Source: an uncultured Candidatus Saccharibacteria bacterium
GTDB taxonomy: Bacteria; Patescibacteriota; Minisyncoccia; Phycocordibacterales; JABMNX01
NCBI GenBank assembly: GCA_964575755.1
Contig: CAZNRH010000001.1
Location: 115,347 to 179,346 of the forward strand
Reading direction: 5' to 3'
DNA: 64,000 nt
Part shown: one piece after another, positions 1 to 12,911 of the stretch
Numbering within the stretch: the stretch's first letter is position 1
How the letters are laid out: every line of letters starts with the position of its first letter
Translations under genes and position numbers: made by a program
Notes under the pieces: model-generated
Told to the model about the DNA's origin: nothing
Seen by the model: the letters and a program-made list of their open reading frames with translations, nothing else
Database searches by the model: none

Positions 1-2
1 TG

Positions 3-1766
<1,764 letters not shown>

Positions 1767-1780
1767 GTAGCTGAATAACT

Positions 1781-4700
1781 ATGATAAAAAAAGACACACA
1801 TAATGTACATAATTTTGATTCGATAGCTATTAAACTGGCAAGCCCAGAACGTATTTTAGACTGGTCATTTGGAGAAATAACAAAACCAGAAACTATTAAT
1901 TATCGAACACAAAGGGCAGAAAAGAATGGGTTATTTGACGAGAAAATATTCGGCCCAGAAAAAGATTTCGAGTGCTACTGTGGAAAATATAGGGGTATTA
2001 GATTTAAAGGGATTGTTTGTGAAAAATGCGGAGTAGAAGTAACTCGCTCTATTGTAAGGCGTGAGAGAATGGGTCATATTGAGCTTGCCACACCAGTATC
2101 TCATATATGGTTTTTGCGAGGTATTCCGTCACGTATTGCTCTTATTTTAGGCCTTTCAGCAAGTGATGTTGAAAAAGTAGTCTACTTTGCAGGGTACATA
2201 ATTACAAAAGTAAGTGAAGACGAAAAAGCTAGATTCTTTAAAGAACTAGAGACAGAATACAAAACGAAAGTAAAAGCAGCGACAGATGCTAAAACAAAAA
2301 CAAAACTTAAAGAGATGTTCACTAAAATCAAGAAGGAAATCGACTCTGTTAAAGAGGGAAGTGTTCTTGATGAGGTCTCATATCATACATTCTCTGTTAA
2401 ATTCGGTGGACTTTTTGAAGCCGAAATTGGTGCAGAAGCTATTCATAATATATTTAAAAACTTAGACTTAAGTAAGCTTTCAAAAGAGCTCGAAGAAAGG
2501 CGGGAGAAAGCCGGAGCAGTAGAAAGCGTCAAGCTAAACAAGCGTTTGTCACTCATTAACTCAATGGTTAGTGCAAATGTTCGACCAGAGTGGATGTTTT
2601 TGGTGCGCATTCCAGTTACTCCACCAATGCTTCGGCCGATGGTTGCGCTTGAGGGTGGCCGACATGCATCAAGTGACGTGAATGACCTTTATCGACGTGT
2701 GATTAACAGAAACAATCGACTGAAGAAGCTTATTGTTATCAATGCACCTGACGTAATTTTACGTAACGAAAAGCGTATTCTGCAAGAAGCTGTTGACGCC
2801 CTTCTTGATAACTCAATAAGACATGGCAACACAGCATTTTCTGCAATGAGTCAGTCTCAACGACGACCACTTAAATCCTTGTCAGATTACCTTAAAGGAA
2901 AACAGGGCTACTTCCGTGGAAACCTGCTTGGTAAGCGAGTAGACTATTCTGGACGTTCTGTAATTGTTGTAGGATCTAACCTTAAACTTGATGAATGTGG
3001 ACTTCCAAAACACATGGCTCTTGAGTTGTTCCGACCATTTGTTATTTCTAAACTCCTAAGTAAAGAGTTAGCATACAATATTCGTGGTGCAGGGCGATTA
3101 ATTGATGATGGTATCCCTGAGGTATGGGCAATTCTTGAAGAGGTTATTAAAGGTAAGCATGTTCTGCTTAACCGAGCACCAACACTCCACAGGCAAGGTA
3201 TTCAAGCTTTTCGTCCAGTACTTATAGAAGGAAACGCTATACAGATACACCCACTTGTATGTTCAGCATTTAACGCTGACTTTGATGGTGACCAGATGGC
3301 AGTACACGTGCCTCTTTCAGAGGAAGCACAGCTTGAGGCTAAAGAGATTATGTCTGCAAACCGAAACATTCTAAAGCCAGGAAGTGGTGAAGTAGTAACA
3401 AGTCCAAGACAAGATATTATTCTAGGATGTTACTGGATGACTAAAATGGTTGACGGAGAAAAAGGAGAGGGTAAATATTTTCAAACACCAAACAGTGCTA
3501 TCACCACATACGACTTCAACGAAGTAGGGTTCCGTGCACGCGTTAATGTTATGCCAACAGATAGTGTTAAATACGAGAAGTTTAACGGAGAAATATTTGA
3601 AACAACAGTAGGAAGACTACTCTTTAATAGTGTACTCCCAGGTGACTATCCTTTTATTAACGATGAGATGACAAACAGAAAGATGTCAAAACTCGTTGAT
3701 AATTTGATTAAAAAATATGGACTCAATGAACTACCTGAGATTATCGACAAAATCAAAGAGTTTGGATTTAAATACGCAACACACTCTGGAATCACTTGGA
3801 GTCTGTATGACCTTAATGTTCCAAAAGAAAAAGAAGCAATAATTAAAGAAGCAAGAAAAAAGACAGAAGAAATATTAAATCAATTTAATGAAGGTCTTTT
3901 GTCTGCAACAGAGCGGCATAGGATGGTAGTTGAGCTATGGCTTAAAGTTAAAAATGAAATTGAAGAAATCTTAACAAAGTCACTTGATCCAAATGGGTCA
4001 GTGAGCGATATGCTTGTGTCAGGTGCTCGTGGTTCTACAAGCCAGCTGTCACAGATGGCTGGTATGAAAGGCCTTATTCAGAATACAAAAGGAGAGACTA
4101 TCGAGTTTCCAATTGTAGCATCTATGAAAGAGGGACTTTCTCCTATTGAGTATTTTATTACGACTCACGGTTCAAGAAAGGGTATGACTGATACAGCTCT
4201 TCAGACTGCGAAAGCGGGGTACCTTACACGTCGCTTGTTTGATGTTGCACAAGACGCAATTATTACAGAGAAGAACTGTAAAACAAAAGACAATGTGCGT
4301 ATTACAAGAGAAAGTGCTTCAGGAATCCAGATTTCAGTAGCAAAAGATATATCAGGACGATACTTAGCCGAAGATGCAACTGACCCTAAAGGTAAAGTTT
4401 TGTACAAGAAGGGAGATATGATACAACAAAAAGAAGCTCAAGAGATAGAAGAATCAGGAGCAGAAGAAGTATTTGTACGATCTCCTATGACATGTAAATC
4501 AACCCATGGAATCTGCCAGACATGTTACGGAATTGATATGTCAAAAGGCGAGTTAATAGATATTGGAGAAGCGGTTGGAACAATCGCAGCTCAAGCTATT
4601 GGAGAGCCAGGAACACAGCTTACTATGCGTACATTCCATGCTGGAGGTACAGCTTCAGCTGGTGGAGACATTACTCATGGACTTCCTCGTGTTGAAGAAG

Positions 4701-5455
4701 TTTTTGAAAAACGAATACCAAAGAGTGCTGCTATTGTTATGCATATCTCAGGTACCATATCAGAGATTAACGAAGAAGAAAAAGGACGTGTACTTATATT
4801 ACTCCCAGACGAAGAAGGTAAGAAAGTTAAAAAGAAAGACATAGAATATCCCGTACACTTCCTTCGAACATTAAATGTAAAAGTTGGTGACCATGTTGAA
4901 ATGGGACAGATTGTAACAGATGGTTCCGTAGACATAACAAGTCTATTTGCGTATGCAGGTAAAGAAGTTGCCCAGAAATATATTATTACTGAAGCGACTA
5001 AGATATATGAGCTTCAGGGAGTAACAATTTCACGAAAGCATATTGAGATAATCGTAAAACAAATGTTCTCTCGTCGTAAAATTACAGCAGAAGAAGATTC
5101 TAAGTTTGCAGTTGGAGATGTTATCGAAGAGTCCGAGCTTATAGTAGAAAGCAAAAAACTTAAAGAAGAAGGTAAGACAGCGCCAGTAGCTGACTCTCTA
5201 GTTCTTGGCATCACAGAAGTTTCTTTGACTCGAAAGAGTTTCTTGTCAGCATCTTCATTCCAAAACACTACAAGAATCCTTATAAACGCAGCAGTTAGAG
5301 GCAGTACAGACGTGTTGAAGGGCCTTAAAGAGAACGTTATTATTGGACGTTTGATTCCAGCAGGTACAGGATTTAAAGATAGTCCAAAAGCTCTGATGAT
5401 TGAATCTCTACAGAAAGAACTTGATGGCAACAAAGAAGACAATAAAGAAGTGTAG
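1781..5455 (+). CDS. rpoC: RNA polymerase beta' subunit
   Basis: Catalytic NADFDGD, N-terminal Zn finger (CYCGKY...CEKCG), [13 protein letters not shown]. Confidence 0.99.
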   Translation: MIKKDTHNVHNFDSIAIKLASPERILDWSFGEITKPETINYRTQRAEKNGLFDEKIFGPEKDFECYCGKYRGIRFKGIVCEKCGVEVTRSIVRRERMGHIELATPVSHIWFLRGIPSRIALILGLSASDVEKVVYFAGYIITKVSEDEKARFFKELETEYKTKVKAATDAKTKTKLKEMFTKIKKEIDSVKEGSVLDEVSYHTFSVKFGGLFEAEIGAEAIHNIFKNLDLSKLSKELEERREKAGAVESVKLNKRLSLINSMVSANVRPEWMFLVRIPVTPPMLRPMVALEGGRHASSDVNDLYRRVINRNNRLKKLIVINAPDVILRNEKRILQEAVDALLDNSIRHGNTAFSAMSQSQRRPLKSLSDYLKGKQGYFRGNLLGKRVDYSGRSVIVVGSNLKLDECGLPKHMALELFRPFVISKLLSKELAYNIRGAGRLIDDGIPEVWAILEEVIKGKHVLLNRAPTLHRQGIQAFRPVLIEGNAIQIHPLVCSAFNADFDGDQMAVHVPLSEEAQLEAKEIMSANRNILKPGSGEVVTSPRQDIILGCYWMTKMVDGEKGEGKYFQTPNSAITTYDFNEVGFRARVNVMPTDSVKYEKFNGEIFETTVGRLLFNSVLPGDYPFINDEMTNRKMSKLVDNLIKKYGLNELPEIIDKIKEFGFKYATHSGITWSLYDLNVPKEKEAIIKEARKKTEEILNQFNEGLLSATERHRMVVELWLKVKNEIEEILTKSLDPNGSVSDMLVSGARGSTSQLSQMAGMKGLIQNTKGETIEFPIVASMKEGLSPIEYFITTHGSRKGMTDTALQTAKAGYLTRRLFDVAQDAIITEKNCKTKDNVRITRESASGIQISVAKDISGRYLAEDATDPKGKVLYKKGDMIQQKEAQEIEESGAEEVFVRSPMTCKSTHGICQTCYGIDMSKGELIDIGEAVGTIAAQAIGEPGTQLTMRTFHAGGTASAGGDITHGLPRVEEVFEKRIPKSAAIVMHISGTISEINEEEKGRVLILLPDEEGKKVKKKDIEYPVHFLRTLNVKVGDHVEMGQIVTDGSVDITSLFAYAGKEVAQKYIITEATKIYELQGVTISRKHIEIIVKQMFSRRKITAEEDSKFAVGDVIEESELIVESKKLKEEGKTAPVADSLVLGITEVSLTRKSFLSASSFQNTTRILINAAVRGSTDVLKGLKENVIIGRLIPAGTGFKDSPKALMIESLQKELDGNKEDNKEV

Positions 5456-5540
5456 TTCATATAAGTTTCGTTTAGTGCACTGTTGTAGTATAGGTATATA
5501 AGTTTCTAGGATTAAGCTAGTAAAACAAATATTTTATCGT

Positions 5541-7280
5541 ATGTCTTCACCAGTAGAGCAAATCAAAGAAAGATTAAGTATTGAAGAAGTAGTTTCTCAG
5601 TATGTAAAACTTACCAAAGCTGGCAAGAATTACAGAGGGCTTTCACCGTTTAGTAATGAGAAAACTCCTTCATTTTATGTTTCTCCAGATAGAAACATGT
5701 TCTATTGTTTTTCTACAAACCAAGGTGGCGATATCTTCACGTTTGTGGAGAAAATGGAGGGGCTTGATTTTGCTGGAGCACTTAAGATACTTGCAGAAAA
5801 AGCTGGAGTGGAACTTGTCCATGAGAGCAAAGAAGTTAGAGATAAAAGGACTAGGTTGTATGATGCACTTGAGAAATCAAAAAATGTGTATCAACTCTTT
5901 ATCAAGCAACATGATGAAGTAATTAAGTATCTTGAAGACAGAGGTATTACACAAGAGTCAATCGACCGTTTTGATGTAGGTTTTGCTAAAGATGAGTGGA
6001 GGAGTTTGTACGAGTATTTAAAGAAAGAAGGTTATACAGAAGGTGACTTACTCGATGCAGGGCTTATAAAGAAAGCACAGAATGATAACGGGAAGGAGAA
6101 TTCGAGGCATTACGATACATTTCGGGGCAGGGTAATGTTTCCAATACACGATAGTGCTGGAAGAGCCATAGCTTTTTCAGGAAGAATACTGCCGTCTCTT
6201 GATGAGGGCAAGACTGGTAAATATATCAACAGTCCAGAAACAGCCCTTTATAATAAATCAAAAATTCTTTACGGATATGATATCGCGAAAGGTGGTATAA
6301 AGAAGTTTGATTTCTCTGTGCTTGTAGAAGGACAGATGGACGTGGTTATGTCTCATCAGGCAGGGTATGTAAATACAGTAGGAGTATCTGGCACAGCACT
6401 AACTCGCAACCAGTTAACACTCCTCAACAGACTTTCGGAGAATATCGTAATGGCTTTTGATCCAGACAGAGCTGGATTAGCGTCTGCTGGTAAGGGCGCA
6501 GCATTGGCACTTTCTATGGGTATGGATGTTAAGGTCGCTCATTTGCCTGACGGAGTAGACCCAGCCGATTTAATAAAAGAAGATAAAGATAAATGGAAAA
6601 AGGCAATTAAAGATTCAGTGCATATTGTAGAGTTTTACATCACACATCTTCGTAGCTTAGGGTATGACGATCGTAAGTTTAAGCTAAAAGTTCAGGAGAT
6701 AGTGTTGCCATTTGTTACACAAATTAAGAACACTATAGACCAGAACCATTTTATACAGCTTGTGGCGAGAGAGACCGGAGTTTCGGAAGACGTAATTCGA
6801 TCAGAGGTTGAACGAATAACAAGCAATATAGAGAAACAAGATACTAAAGTAAGTACAGAAGTCGAAGTCAAGTCAGACGGTGGCATTTTACAAAGAAGTT
6901 CGACAGAGGAGAAATTGGCACAAATAATTTTATGGCAAGATTCACTTGAAAGTCCAGCAATAGACACAGAAGCAGTAAGGAATTCATTTGAAGCAGTAGT
7001 AGGAAAAGACCACATAAAAGAGTTGCTAGATATATCAGAAAGTAAAAAGCAACAGGATATTTTTAAAATCGAATTGCTCTACGAGAAAGATCAACAGTTA
7101 AAGGAAGATGTAGATGAGTTACTTCACCATCTTACCTACCGGTTGACAAAGAGAGAGCTTGAAGAAACGATAGCAGGGTTAAGAAAAGCAGAGAGTGTTG
7201 GAGATACTGCCACATCTTCAAAACTACTTGAGAAAAGCAAAGAGATAGCGGATAAGTTAAAAGCATTCGTTGGCAAGTAA
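5541..7280 (+). CDS. dnaG: DNA primase
   Basis: N-terminal zf-CHC2-like region with degenerate ligands (LSPFSNEKTPSF...CFST), KYINSPET, TOPRIM VEGQMDV and FDPDRAG. Confidence 0.97.
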   Translation: MSSPVEQIKERLSIEEVVSQYVKLTKAGKNYRGLSPFSNEKTPSFYVSPDRNMFYCFSTNQGGDIFTFVEKMEGLDFAGALKILAEKAGVELVHESKEVRDKRTRLYDALEKSKNVYQLFIKQHDEVIKYLEDRGITQESIDRFDVGFAKDEWRSLYEYLKKEGYTEGDLLDAGLIKKAQNDNGKENSRHYDTFRGRVMFPIHDSAGRAIAFSGRILPSLDEGKTGKYINSPETALYNKSKILYGYDIAKGGIKKFDFSVLVEGQMDVVMSHQAGYVNTVGVSGTALTRNQLTLLNRLSENIVMAFDPDRAGLASAGKGAALALSMGMDVKVAHLPDGVDPADLIKEDKDKWKKAIKDSVHIVEFYITHLRSLGYDDRKFKLKVQEIVLPFVTQIKNTIDQNHFIQLVARETGVSEDVIRSEVERITSNIEKQDTKVSTEVEVKSDGGILQRSSTEEKLAQIILWQDSLESPAIDTEAVRNSFEAVVGKDHIKELLDISESKKQQDIFKIELLYEKDQQLKEDVDELLHHLTYRLTKRELEETIAGLRKAESVGDTATSSKLLEKSKEIADKLKAFVGK

Positions 7281-7308
7281 TTTTAAAAGTAAATATACAT
7301 AACATAGT

Positions 7309-8625
7309 ATGACTACAAAAAATAAAGTAACAAAGAAAAAGGTTGTAAAAAAGACTGTAAAAAAGAAAATAAAGAAGACAGTTAAGAAAGCACCTAAAAA
7401 GGTTGTAAAAAAGGTGAAGAAAAAAGCACCTAAAAAGGTAGCAAAGAAAAAACCTAAGAAGGTTGTCAAAAAGAAGATAGTAAAGAAGAAAGTTGGTAAA
7501 AAGCCCTCAAAAAAAGCTCCCAAGAAAGTAGTAAAGAAAAGAAAAAGCCAGAAGTCTATGGAAGCTAAAGCAGCGAAGTTGCTTGCTAAGGGGCGAGAGC
7601 GTGGATATGTAACATATGACGAAATCCTTAAAGAGTTCCCTAAAATAGAAGAAGATGTGTTTTTCCTTGAAGAGATGTATGAGAGATTCAGCACAGCTAG
7701 TATTGACGTACTTGAGAGTGGAGGGTTTCTTGGTGGTAATGAAACAGAAGAAGATCTCCTTGGGAAGAAGAATTTATATCGACGGTCAGAATCTTCTTAC
7801 GATTCAATTCAAATGTACCTACGTGAGATAGGTCAGTACCAACTTCTTAACGCACAAGGTGAGCGAGACTTAGCTAAACGTATCCTTGATGGAGATGTAG
7901 AAGCTGTTAACTTACTTGCACGAGCCAACTTACGTCTAGTGGTGTCTATTGCTAAAAAATATGTAGGACGAAGTCTCGATCTCACACTACTAGACCTTAT
8001 TCAAGAGGGTAATATAGGCTTATTTAAGGCAGTAGACAAGTTTGACCATACAAAAGGGTATAAGTTCTCAACATACGCAACGTGGTGGATTAGACAGGCT
8101 ATTACACGTGCACTTGCAGACCAATCAAGAACAATACGTATTCCAGTTCACATGGTTGAGACAATCGCAAAATACAAACAAAAAGTACGTCAACTAAGTC
8201 AAGATCTTGGACGAGATCCACTTCCAGAAGAAGTAGCAACTGAGATGGGGCTTGATGTAGAAAAGATTCACAATATAGAAAAAATTAATCAAGATACCGT
8301 TTCACTAGAGACTCCAGTAGGGGACGAGGGGGATGACAAGTCTACACTTGCAGACTTTATTGCAGACGATAAGATTCTTTCACCAGATCAAGAGTCAGCA
8401 CAGCGCATCTTAGCTGATCAAGTCAGAGATATTTTAAACGAACTGTCGCCAAAAGAGCGAAAGATTCTTGAAATGCGTCATGGTCTAGAGGATGGTATAT
8501 ACAACACACTTGAAGAAGTAGGGAAGGAATTTGGAGTTACTCGTGAGCGAATACGTCAGATTGAAGCAAAAGCCCTAGAGAAAATCCGCTCCCACGAGAG
8601 AGCAAGCCAGCTGAAGAATTACTAA
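7309..8625 (+). CDS. rpoD: Primary sigma-70 factor with Lys-rich N-terminal extension
   Basis: [30 protein letters not shown] and [10 protein letters not shown]; follows dnaG. Confidence 0.97.
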   Translation: MTTKNKVTKKKVVKKTVKKKIKKTVKKAPKKVVKKVKKKAPKKVAKKKPKKVVKKKIVKKKVGKKPSKKAPKKVVKKRKSQKSMEAKAAKLLAKGRERGYVTYDEILKEFPKIEEDVFFLEEMYERFSTASIDVLESGGFLGGNETEEDLLGKKNLYRRSESSYDSIQMYLREIGQYQLLNAQGERDLAKRILDGDVEAVNLLARANLRLVVSIAKKYVGRSLDLTLLDLIQEGNIGLFKAVDKFDHTKGYKFSTYATWWIRQAITRALADQSRTIRIPVHMVETIAKYKQKVRQLSQDLGRDPLPEEVATEMGLDVEKIHNIEKINQDTVSLETPVGDEGDDKSTLADFIADDKILSPDQESAQRILADQVRDILNELSPKERKILEMRHGLEDGIYNTLEEVGKEFGVTRERIRQIEAKALEKIRSHERASQLKNY

Positions 8626-8657
8626 ACAACCCACATTTAAGTTTCAACTTATAAGAA

Positions 8658-8694
8658 AACACCCCACACACACGTAGCGTGTGTGTGGGGTGTT
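8658..8694. terminator. Hairpin between convergent rpoD and GNAT genes
   Basis: aacaccccacacacacg-tag-cgtgtgtgtggggtgtt inverted repeat. Confidence 0.7.
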
Positions 8695-8698
8695 GAGT

Positions 8699-9277
8699 TT
8701 AGAAGAGATGTTCTTTTTTAAACTTCCTCCAAAGTGGCATAAAGTCTTTCTTAAAGACTGCCAATAGAATTTCGTCAACATATCTACCGTTGGCGAAGTT
8801 GTGTTTTTTTAGAGTTCCTTCCTCTATATATCCACACTTTTTACTATACCCGTAAGAGCGTTTATTGAATGCAAGTACAGAAGAACATACTTTACGTAGA
8901 TTGAGGGTATTAAAAGCATAGTTGAGTAAAAGCATCTTAGCTTCGGTTCCGTAACCCTTACCCCAACAGTCTTTTACTCCAATAAGAGCTCCAGTTGTTG
9001 CAGTTCCATTCATGTGATTAATTCCATGAAGCCCCATTGTGCCTATCGGCTTATTTTCATTAACTAGACATATCATAAGCACAACATCTTTGCCTTTATT
9101 TTTATGTAAGTCATCTATCCATTTCTCCTCATCCTCCTCCATTGCTGGATGGCAGGACATGAGATACTCGTAGATATCAGGATCGTTTATCCATTTTAAA
9201 AGAAGAATAACGTCTCTTTTAAGTAATGGGCGTAAATACACTTTTTTACCCTTTAGGAATTTAATATTCATTTTCAT
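8699..9277 (-). CDS. RimJ/RimL-family GNAT N-acetyltransferase
   Basis: VYLRPL, WGKGYGTEA, N.RS...KKCGY..EG; SD-like AGGAG upstream. Confidence 0.9.
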   Translation of the reverse strand: MKMNIKFLKGKKVYLRPLLKRDVILLLKWINDPDIYEYLMSCHPAMEEDEEKWIDDLHKNKGKDVVLMICLVNENKPIGTMGLHGINHMNGTATTGALIGVKDCWGKGYGTEAKMLLLNYAFNTLNLRKVCSSVLAFNKRSYGYSKKCGYIEEGTLKKHNFANGRYVDEILLAVFKKDFMPLWRKFKKEHLF

Positions 9278-9305
9278 CTCCTATGTTAAAGAACAAATAC
9301 TAAAC

Positions 9306-9461
9306 AAAAACCTCGGCTTCTGTTCAGCCGAGGTTTTTCTGTGAAGGAGTTTCTTTATATATTTAAGAAAATACAAACATACCACGGCTGAATACAAGCG
9401 CTTTTGCGTATACAGGAGAAATAAGCCCCGCATCAAAGCGACAGTTATTTTTCATATTCAT
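9306..9461 (-). promoter_or_regulatory. Putative leader-peptide transcription attenuator (32-aa uORF 9461-9363, terminator 9338-9306)
   Basis: uORF MNMKNNCRFDAGLISPVYAKALVFSRGMFVFS; downstream hairpin with U-tract; uORF segment 9381-9392 is complementary (11/12) to the terminator 5' arm. Confidence 0.6.
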
Positions 9462-9555
9462 TTGTGTATGGTTGCTTACCATTACCTTAGTTTATATCGT
9501 ATACCTTAATAGATGTCAAGCATCCAAATGTTGTAGTGCAGGTATAATAACTCTT

Positions 9556-10410
9556 ATGAAGAAGCAGAAAACACCTAAAACTAGCTCCAAACGGTCTAAA
9601 AAACCACCAATTGAGCATTGGAGCTATTCATCTTTAATGTCACTTATGAACAACCCTTTGTCTTGGTACAAGCGTTATGTAGAAAATGTGCGGGATATGC
9701 CATCAGGACCAGCTTCTTTTATAGGCAGAGCATGTCATACTGCACTTGAACATTTCTATAAAGGAGTATCAAAAGAAGAGTCAACAAAACGGGGCCTTGA
9801 AGCTCTTAAAAATGTAGCAGATTTTGAAATTAATTTCGGTACAGCGAAAACCAAAACAGCTCAGAAAAAGAAACGCAAAAGTATGGAACAAGAATATCTA
9901 AAGTCCATCGGCTACTATCTTAAGCGCGCTCCAAAATACAAAGTACTTGGTGTAGAAGCTGTAGGGCTTGCAGAAGTAGACGGTATAGAACTTCCACTAA
10001 AAGCGATTTCTGATTTAGTTGTAGAGTCGAAGATAGATAAAGACGCAGTTGATATCGTTGATCATAAATTTGTAGCTTCTTTTAGTAAAGACGCTGTTAA
10101 TAAAACTATGTACATAATGCAGGCAATATTTAATTACTACACAGTTAGCGCTTTATATAACAAGCCTGTTAAAAGGTTTATTATTCAAGAATGCAAACGA
10201 TCAAAGAATAAAGATGCTTCTTCTCAGATGCGTAAACATATTATAAATTTCGATGAGTGCAAAGATGAGTTTATTATTTTCCATAAACTTATTAATGATG
10301 CAACTAAAGAGATTACACGCAACAGAGTATATTTACCAAACCCTTTAGATATGTTTGAAGGGGAAAACTCTTTCGACATCTATCGCCTCGGTCTCGTAGA
10401 AGAAAACTGA
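9556..10410 (+). CDS. PD-(D/E)XK nuclease family protein (RecB/AddB-like nuclease domain)
   Basis: WSYSSL...P..W, GRACHTALE, SDLV...IVDHK, Q...Y. ATG at 9556 follows TATAAT at 9543. Confidence 0.8.
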   Translation: MKKQKTPKTSSKRSKKPPIEHWSYSSLMSLMNNPLSWYKRYVENVRDMPSGPASFIGRACHTALEHFYKGVSKEESTKRGLEALKNVADFEINFGTAKTKTAQKKKRKSMEQEYLKSIGYYLKRAPKYKVLGVEAVGLAEVDGIELPLKAISDLVVESKIDKDAVDIVDHKFVASFSKDAVNKTMYIMQAIFNYYTVSALYNKPVKRFIIQECKRSKNKDASSQMRKHIINFDECKDEFIIFHKLINDATKEITRNRVYLPNPLDMFEGENSFDIYRLGLVEEN

Positions 10411-10505
10411 CAATAAAACCAAAAATTACAAATAGGTGGACATTGGTCTATGGACATGATTTCTTGAGAAAAATCAGATGTCCACCAATTTGTAAACTAA
10501 CTTAA

Positions 10506-10539
10506 AATTAAATAGCCAGAGTGCTCTGGCTATTTAATT
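10506..10539. repeat. 34-bp palindrome, family copy 1
   Basis: aattaaatagccagagtgctctggctatttaatt; 27/34 identical to 56205-56238. Confidence 0.75.
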
Positions 10540-10575
10540 CAGCTCTAGTAAGCCGTATTTTGATGTTTTGAAAAC

Positions 10576-11343
10576 TTAAAAAGTTGGTACTACTGGCACA
10601 CTCTCGCTGTTAGAATCATTAAGAAGTGTTTCGATAACTCGGCGCATTGCTTCTATTGGCTGAGCTCCCTCAATTGGTGCTTGTTCTCCATTTACAAATA
10701 TAACATTATACGGTGTACCTCGTGCTCCTGATGCAATAACTTCGTCAAATTGAGCTTGAATCTTGTCTGTATACTTACCACTATCAACACAAGCTTGTAG
10801 TGCAACAGGGTCAATGTCAACATCTTCTGCTATCACAGAGAGTAGATTCAAATCAAGTCCATTATTTGACGGTGTGATTTCAAACAACCTATCTATATAA
10901 TCCCAAAACCCTTGATTGCCACCAAGTTCTGCTGCACACTCTGAAGCCTCGGCTTCTTTAGCAGCTTTTGAGTGGAGTTGAGTAATAGGAAAGTGTCTGT
11001 ATACCCATGCAACTTTTCCACTTGCTCCATACTCATCAATAATTTTATGCATGGTGCTGTGGAAGTTCTTACAGAACGGACACTCAAGATCAGAATACTC
11101 AACAATAATAACTTGTGCATTTGGGTTTCCTAGAATATGGTCACTGCCTGAAACCTCTGGAACACCAACCTGAGTTACAGGATCGGATTTAGTGTCTATC
11201 TTAATATCGTCTGGTTTGTTGCTAAAATATAAAGCACCTGCCACAAGGACACCAGCAATAATAATAGCTACAGGAATAGTGTATTTCTTATTATTGTTTA
11301 CCAATTCTACTTGATATTGTTGTTCGTTATTGTTTTCTTCCAT
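10576..11343 (-). CDS. Membrane-anchored DsbA/thioredoxin-fold disulfide oxidoreductase
   Basis: EYSDLECPFC, VYRHFP, cis-Pro GTP; N-terminal TM segment. Confidence 0.92.
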   Translation of the reverse strand: MEENNNEQQYQVELVNNNKKYTIPVAIIIAGVLVAGALYFSNKPDDIKIDTKSDPVTQVGVPEVSGSDHILGNPNAQVIIVEYSDLECPFCKNFHSTMHKIIDEYGASGKVAWVYRHFPITQLHSKAAKEAEASECAAELGGNQGFWDYIDRLFEITPSNNGLDLNLLSVIAEDVDIDPVALQACVDSGKYTDKIQAQFDEVIASGARGTPYNVIFVNGEQAPIEGAQPIEAMRRVIETLLNDSNSESVPVVPTF

Positions 11344-11392
11344 GTTTATAAATTATAGTTAATTAGCGTAAGTCTAGTGTATCATATATAGG

Positions 11393-12190
11393 ATGGATAT
11401 CATTTCAGCATTCATATTAGGCGCAGTACAGGGACTCACAGAATTTATACCGATTTCTTCATCTGGGCACCTTGTTGTAGCAAGAGAGATACTTGGTATT
11501 GCGACAAACCACAGTCTCTCTATTGATGCAATGCTACAGCTTGCCACATCTCTCGCTATATTGCTTTACTTCTGGAGAGACTTTTGGGGTATGGCAGTTA
11601 CATCATTTAATTGGGTTAGGGGACATATAATACCTTCAGAAGAAAAGATTCTTATTGGAGCATTGGTTGTTGGTACAATTCCAGCTGTGATTTTAGGTTT
11701 GTTGCTTGAAGATATTATGGAAACTTCTTTCAGGAACGCAGAGTTAGTAGCGTGGACACTGCTCCTTGGCGCAGCACTGTTTTGGGTAGCAGAAAAGCTT
11801 GCAAAACAAAAGCAAGAACTTAATATTAAACGTGGTTTTTGGATAGGAATGTTTCAAGCACTAGCACTTATTCCAGGCATGTCTCGCTCTGGTATGACCA
11901 TCGCCGGTGGGTTATTGCTTGGGCTTTCTCGAGAGCGTGCAACACGGTTTGGTTTTATGCTTGGTTTCCCAATCATTTTTGGTTCTGGGATGAAGAAATT
12001 TATCGAGCTTTACGGAAGCGGGGGATTGGTAGAGTTAGGTCTACCTTTAATACTTAGCACAGCGACGGCATTTACAGTAGGAATACTCGCTATGCACTTT
12101 ATGGTGAGGTACTTACGCAATCACACGCTTAATATTTTTATAGTCTATAGAATAATATTTGCCCTTCTTATATTTATGTTCATTGTGTAG
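11393..12190 (+). CDS. uppP: Undecaprenyl-diphosphatase
   Basis: QGLTEFIPISSSGHL and PGMSRSG motifs. Confidence 0.97.
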   Translation: MDIISAFILGAVQGLTEFIPISSSGHLVVAREILGIATNHSLSIDAMLQLATSLAILLYFWRDFWGMAVTSFNWVRGHIIPSEEKILIGALVVGTIPAVILGLLLEDIMETSFRNAELVAWTLLLGAALFWVAEKLAKQKQELNIKRGFWIGMFQALALIPGMSRSGMTIAGGLLLGLSRERATRFGFMLGFPIIFGSGMKKFIELYGSGGLVELGLPLILSTATAFTVGILAMHFMVRYLRNHTLNIFIVYRIIFALLIFMFIV

Positions 12191-12199
12191 ACCTTTATA

Positions 12200-12781
12200 T
12201 TAAAACGGAAGGGAATGCGTCATAGAGCTACCGTCTTCTTTTTTTTTCTCCCAGTTGGAGGTGTCGAGTTTTATTTCTTTTTTTTCTGATAAATCCATAT
12301 AGTGAACTTTTCCATTTTTAAGAGCGAAATCATACACCTCTTTCGTGATTCTTACATCGTCAAGACAATACTTTCGTATTTTATCAATCTCGCCAGTATT
12401 CCACCACCTTACTGCATCAAGCCCGTGTCCGCTCTTCTTTTCTCCTAGAGTGCCCTCTGCAACTGAATCAAGACGAAGTCGTCTGCCAAACGACTCTTTT
12501 ATTTCTTTAAGTAAGTCAAGACTTTTAATTTGTGTTAAATCGCCGTGATAGTACTTATTAAGAAGCGGAATATCAAAATGGTCTGAGTTGTATCCAATCA
12601 ACATGTCTGTTTTTTCTAAAATGGGCCAGAGTTGTGGTAGTTCTTCTTGTAGGTATGAATGATATGAATTAGTATCGTAGTCATATATGCAAACTATCGA
12701 GATATCTAAAAGCGCTGGGTCTGCTTTCCCAACATCTTCAAATGTGTTTCTTGTTTCAATATCAAAAACTATTTTCTTCAT
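12200..12781 (-). CDS. RNase H-like (DEDD) 3'-5' exonuclease
   Basis: FDIET, GYNSDHFDIP, YCLDDV. Confidence 0.85.
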   Translation of the reverse strand: MKKIVFDIETRNTFEDVGKADPALLDISIVCIYDYDTNSYHSYLQEELPQLWPILEKTDMLIGYNSDHFDIPLLNKYYHGDLTQIKSLDLLKEIKESFGRRLRLDSVAEGTLGEKKSGHGLDAVRWWNTGEIDKIRKYCLDDVRITKEVYDFALKNGKVHYMDLSEKKEIKLDTSNWEKKKEDGSSMTHSLPF

Positions 12782-12899
12782 CCCGAACGAAATAGGACAC
12801 GGACTTAAACAATCCTTGTCTCTAGATTAGATTTTTTGTTAATTATCGACTTATTTTCCATATATTATATTTGTATCCGTGATTTCGTACAGGATTCAT
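12779..12899 (-). mobile_element. Start-codon-bracketing structured element, copy A
   Basis: Minus strand ATGAAtcctgtacgaaat...atttcgttcgggATGAA; about 91% identical (hand count 110/121) to 15368-15488. Confidence 0.8.
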
Positions 12900-12911
12900 T
12901 TCCTTTAATAT

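Noticed and set aside
9556-10410. Possible Cas4 / CRISPR locus
   Set aside because: No four-Cys Fe-S pattern, no other cas genes, and no regularly spaced repeat-spacer array anywhere in the window.
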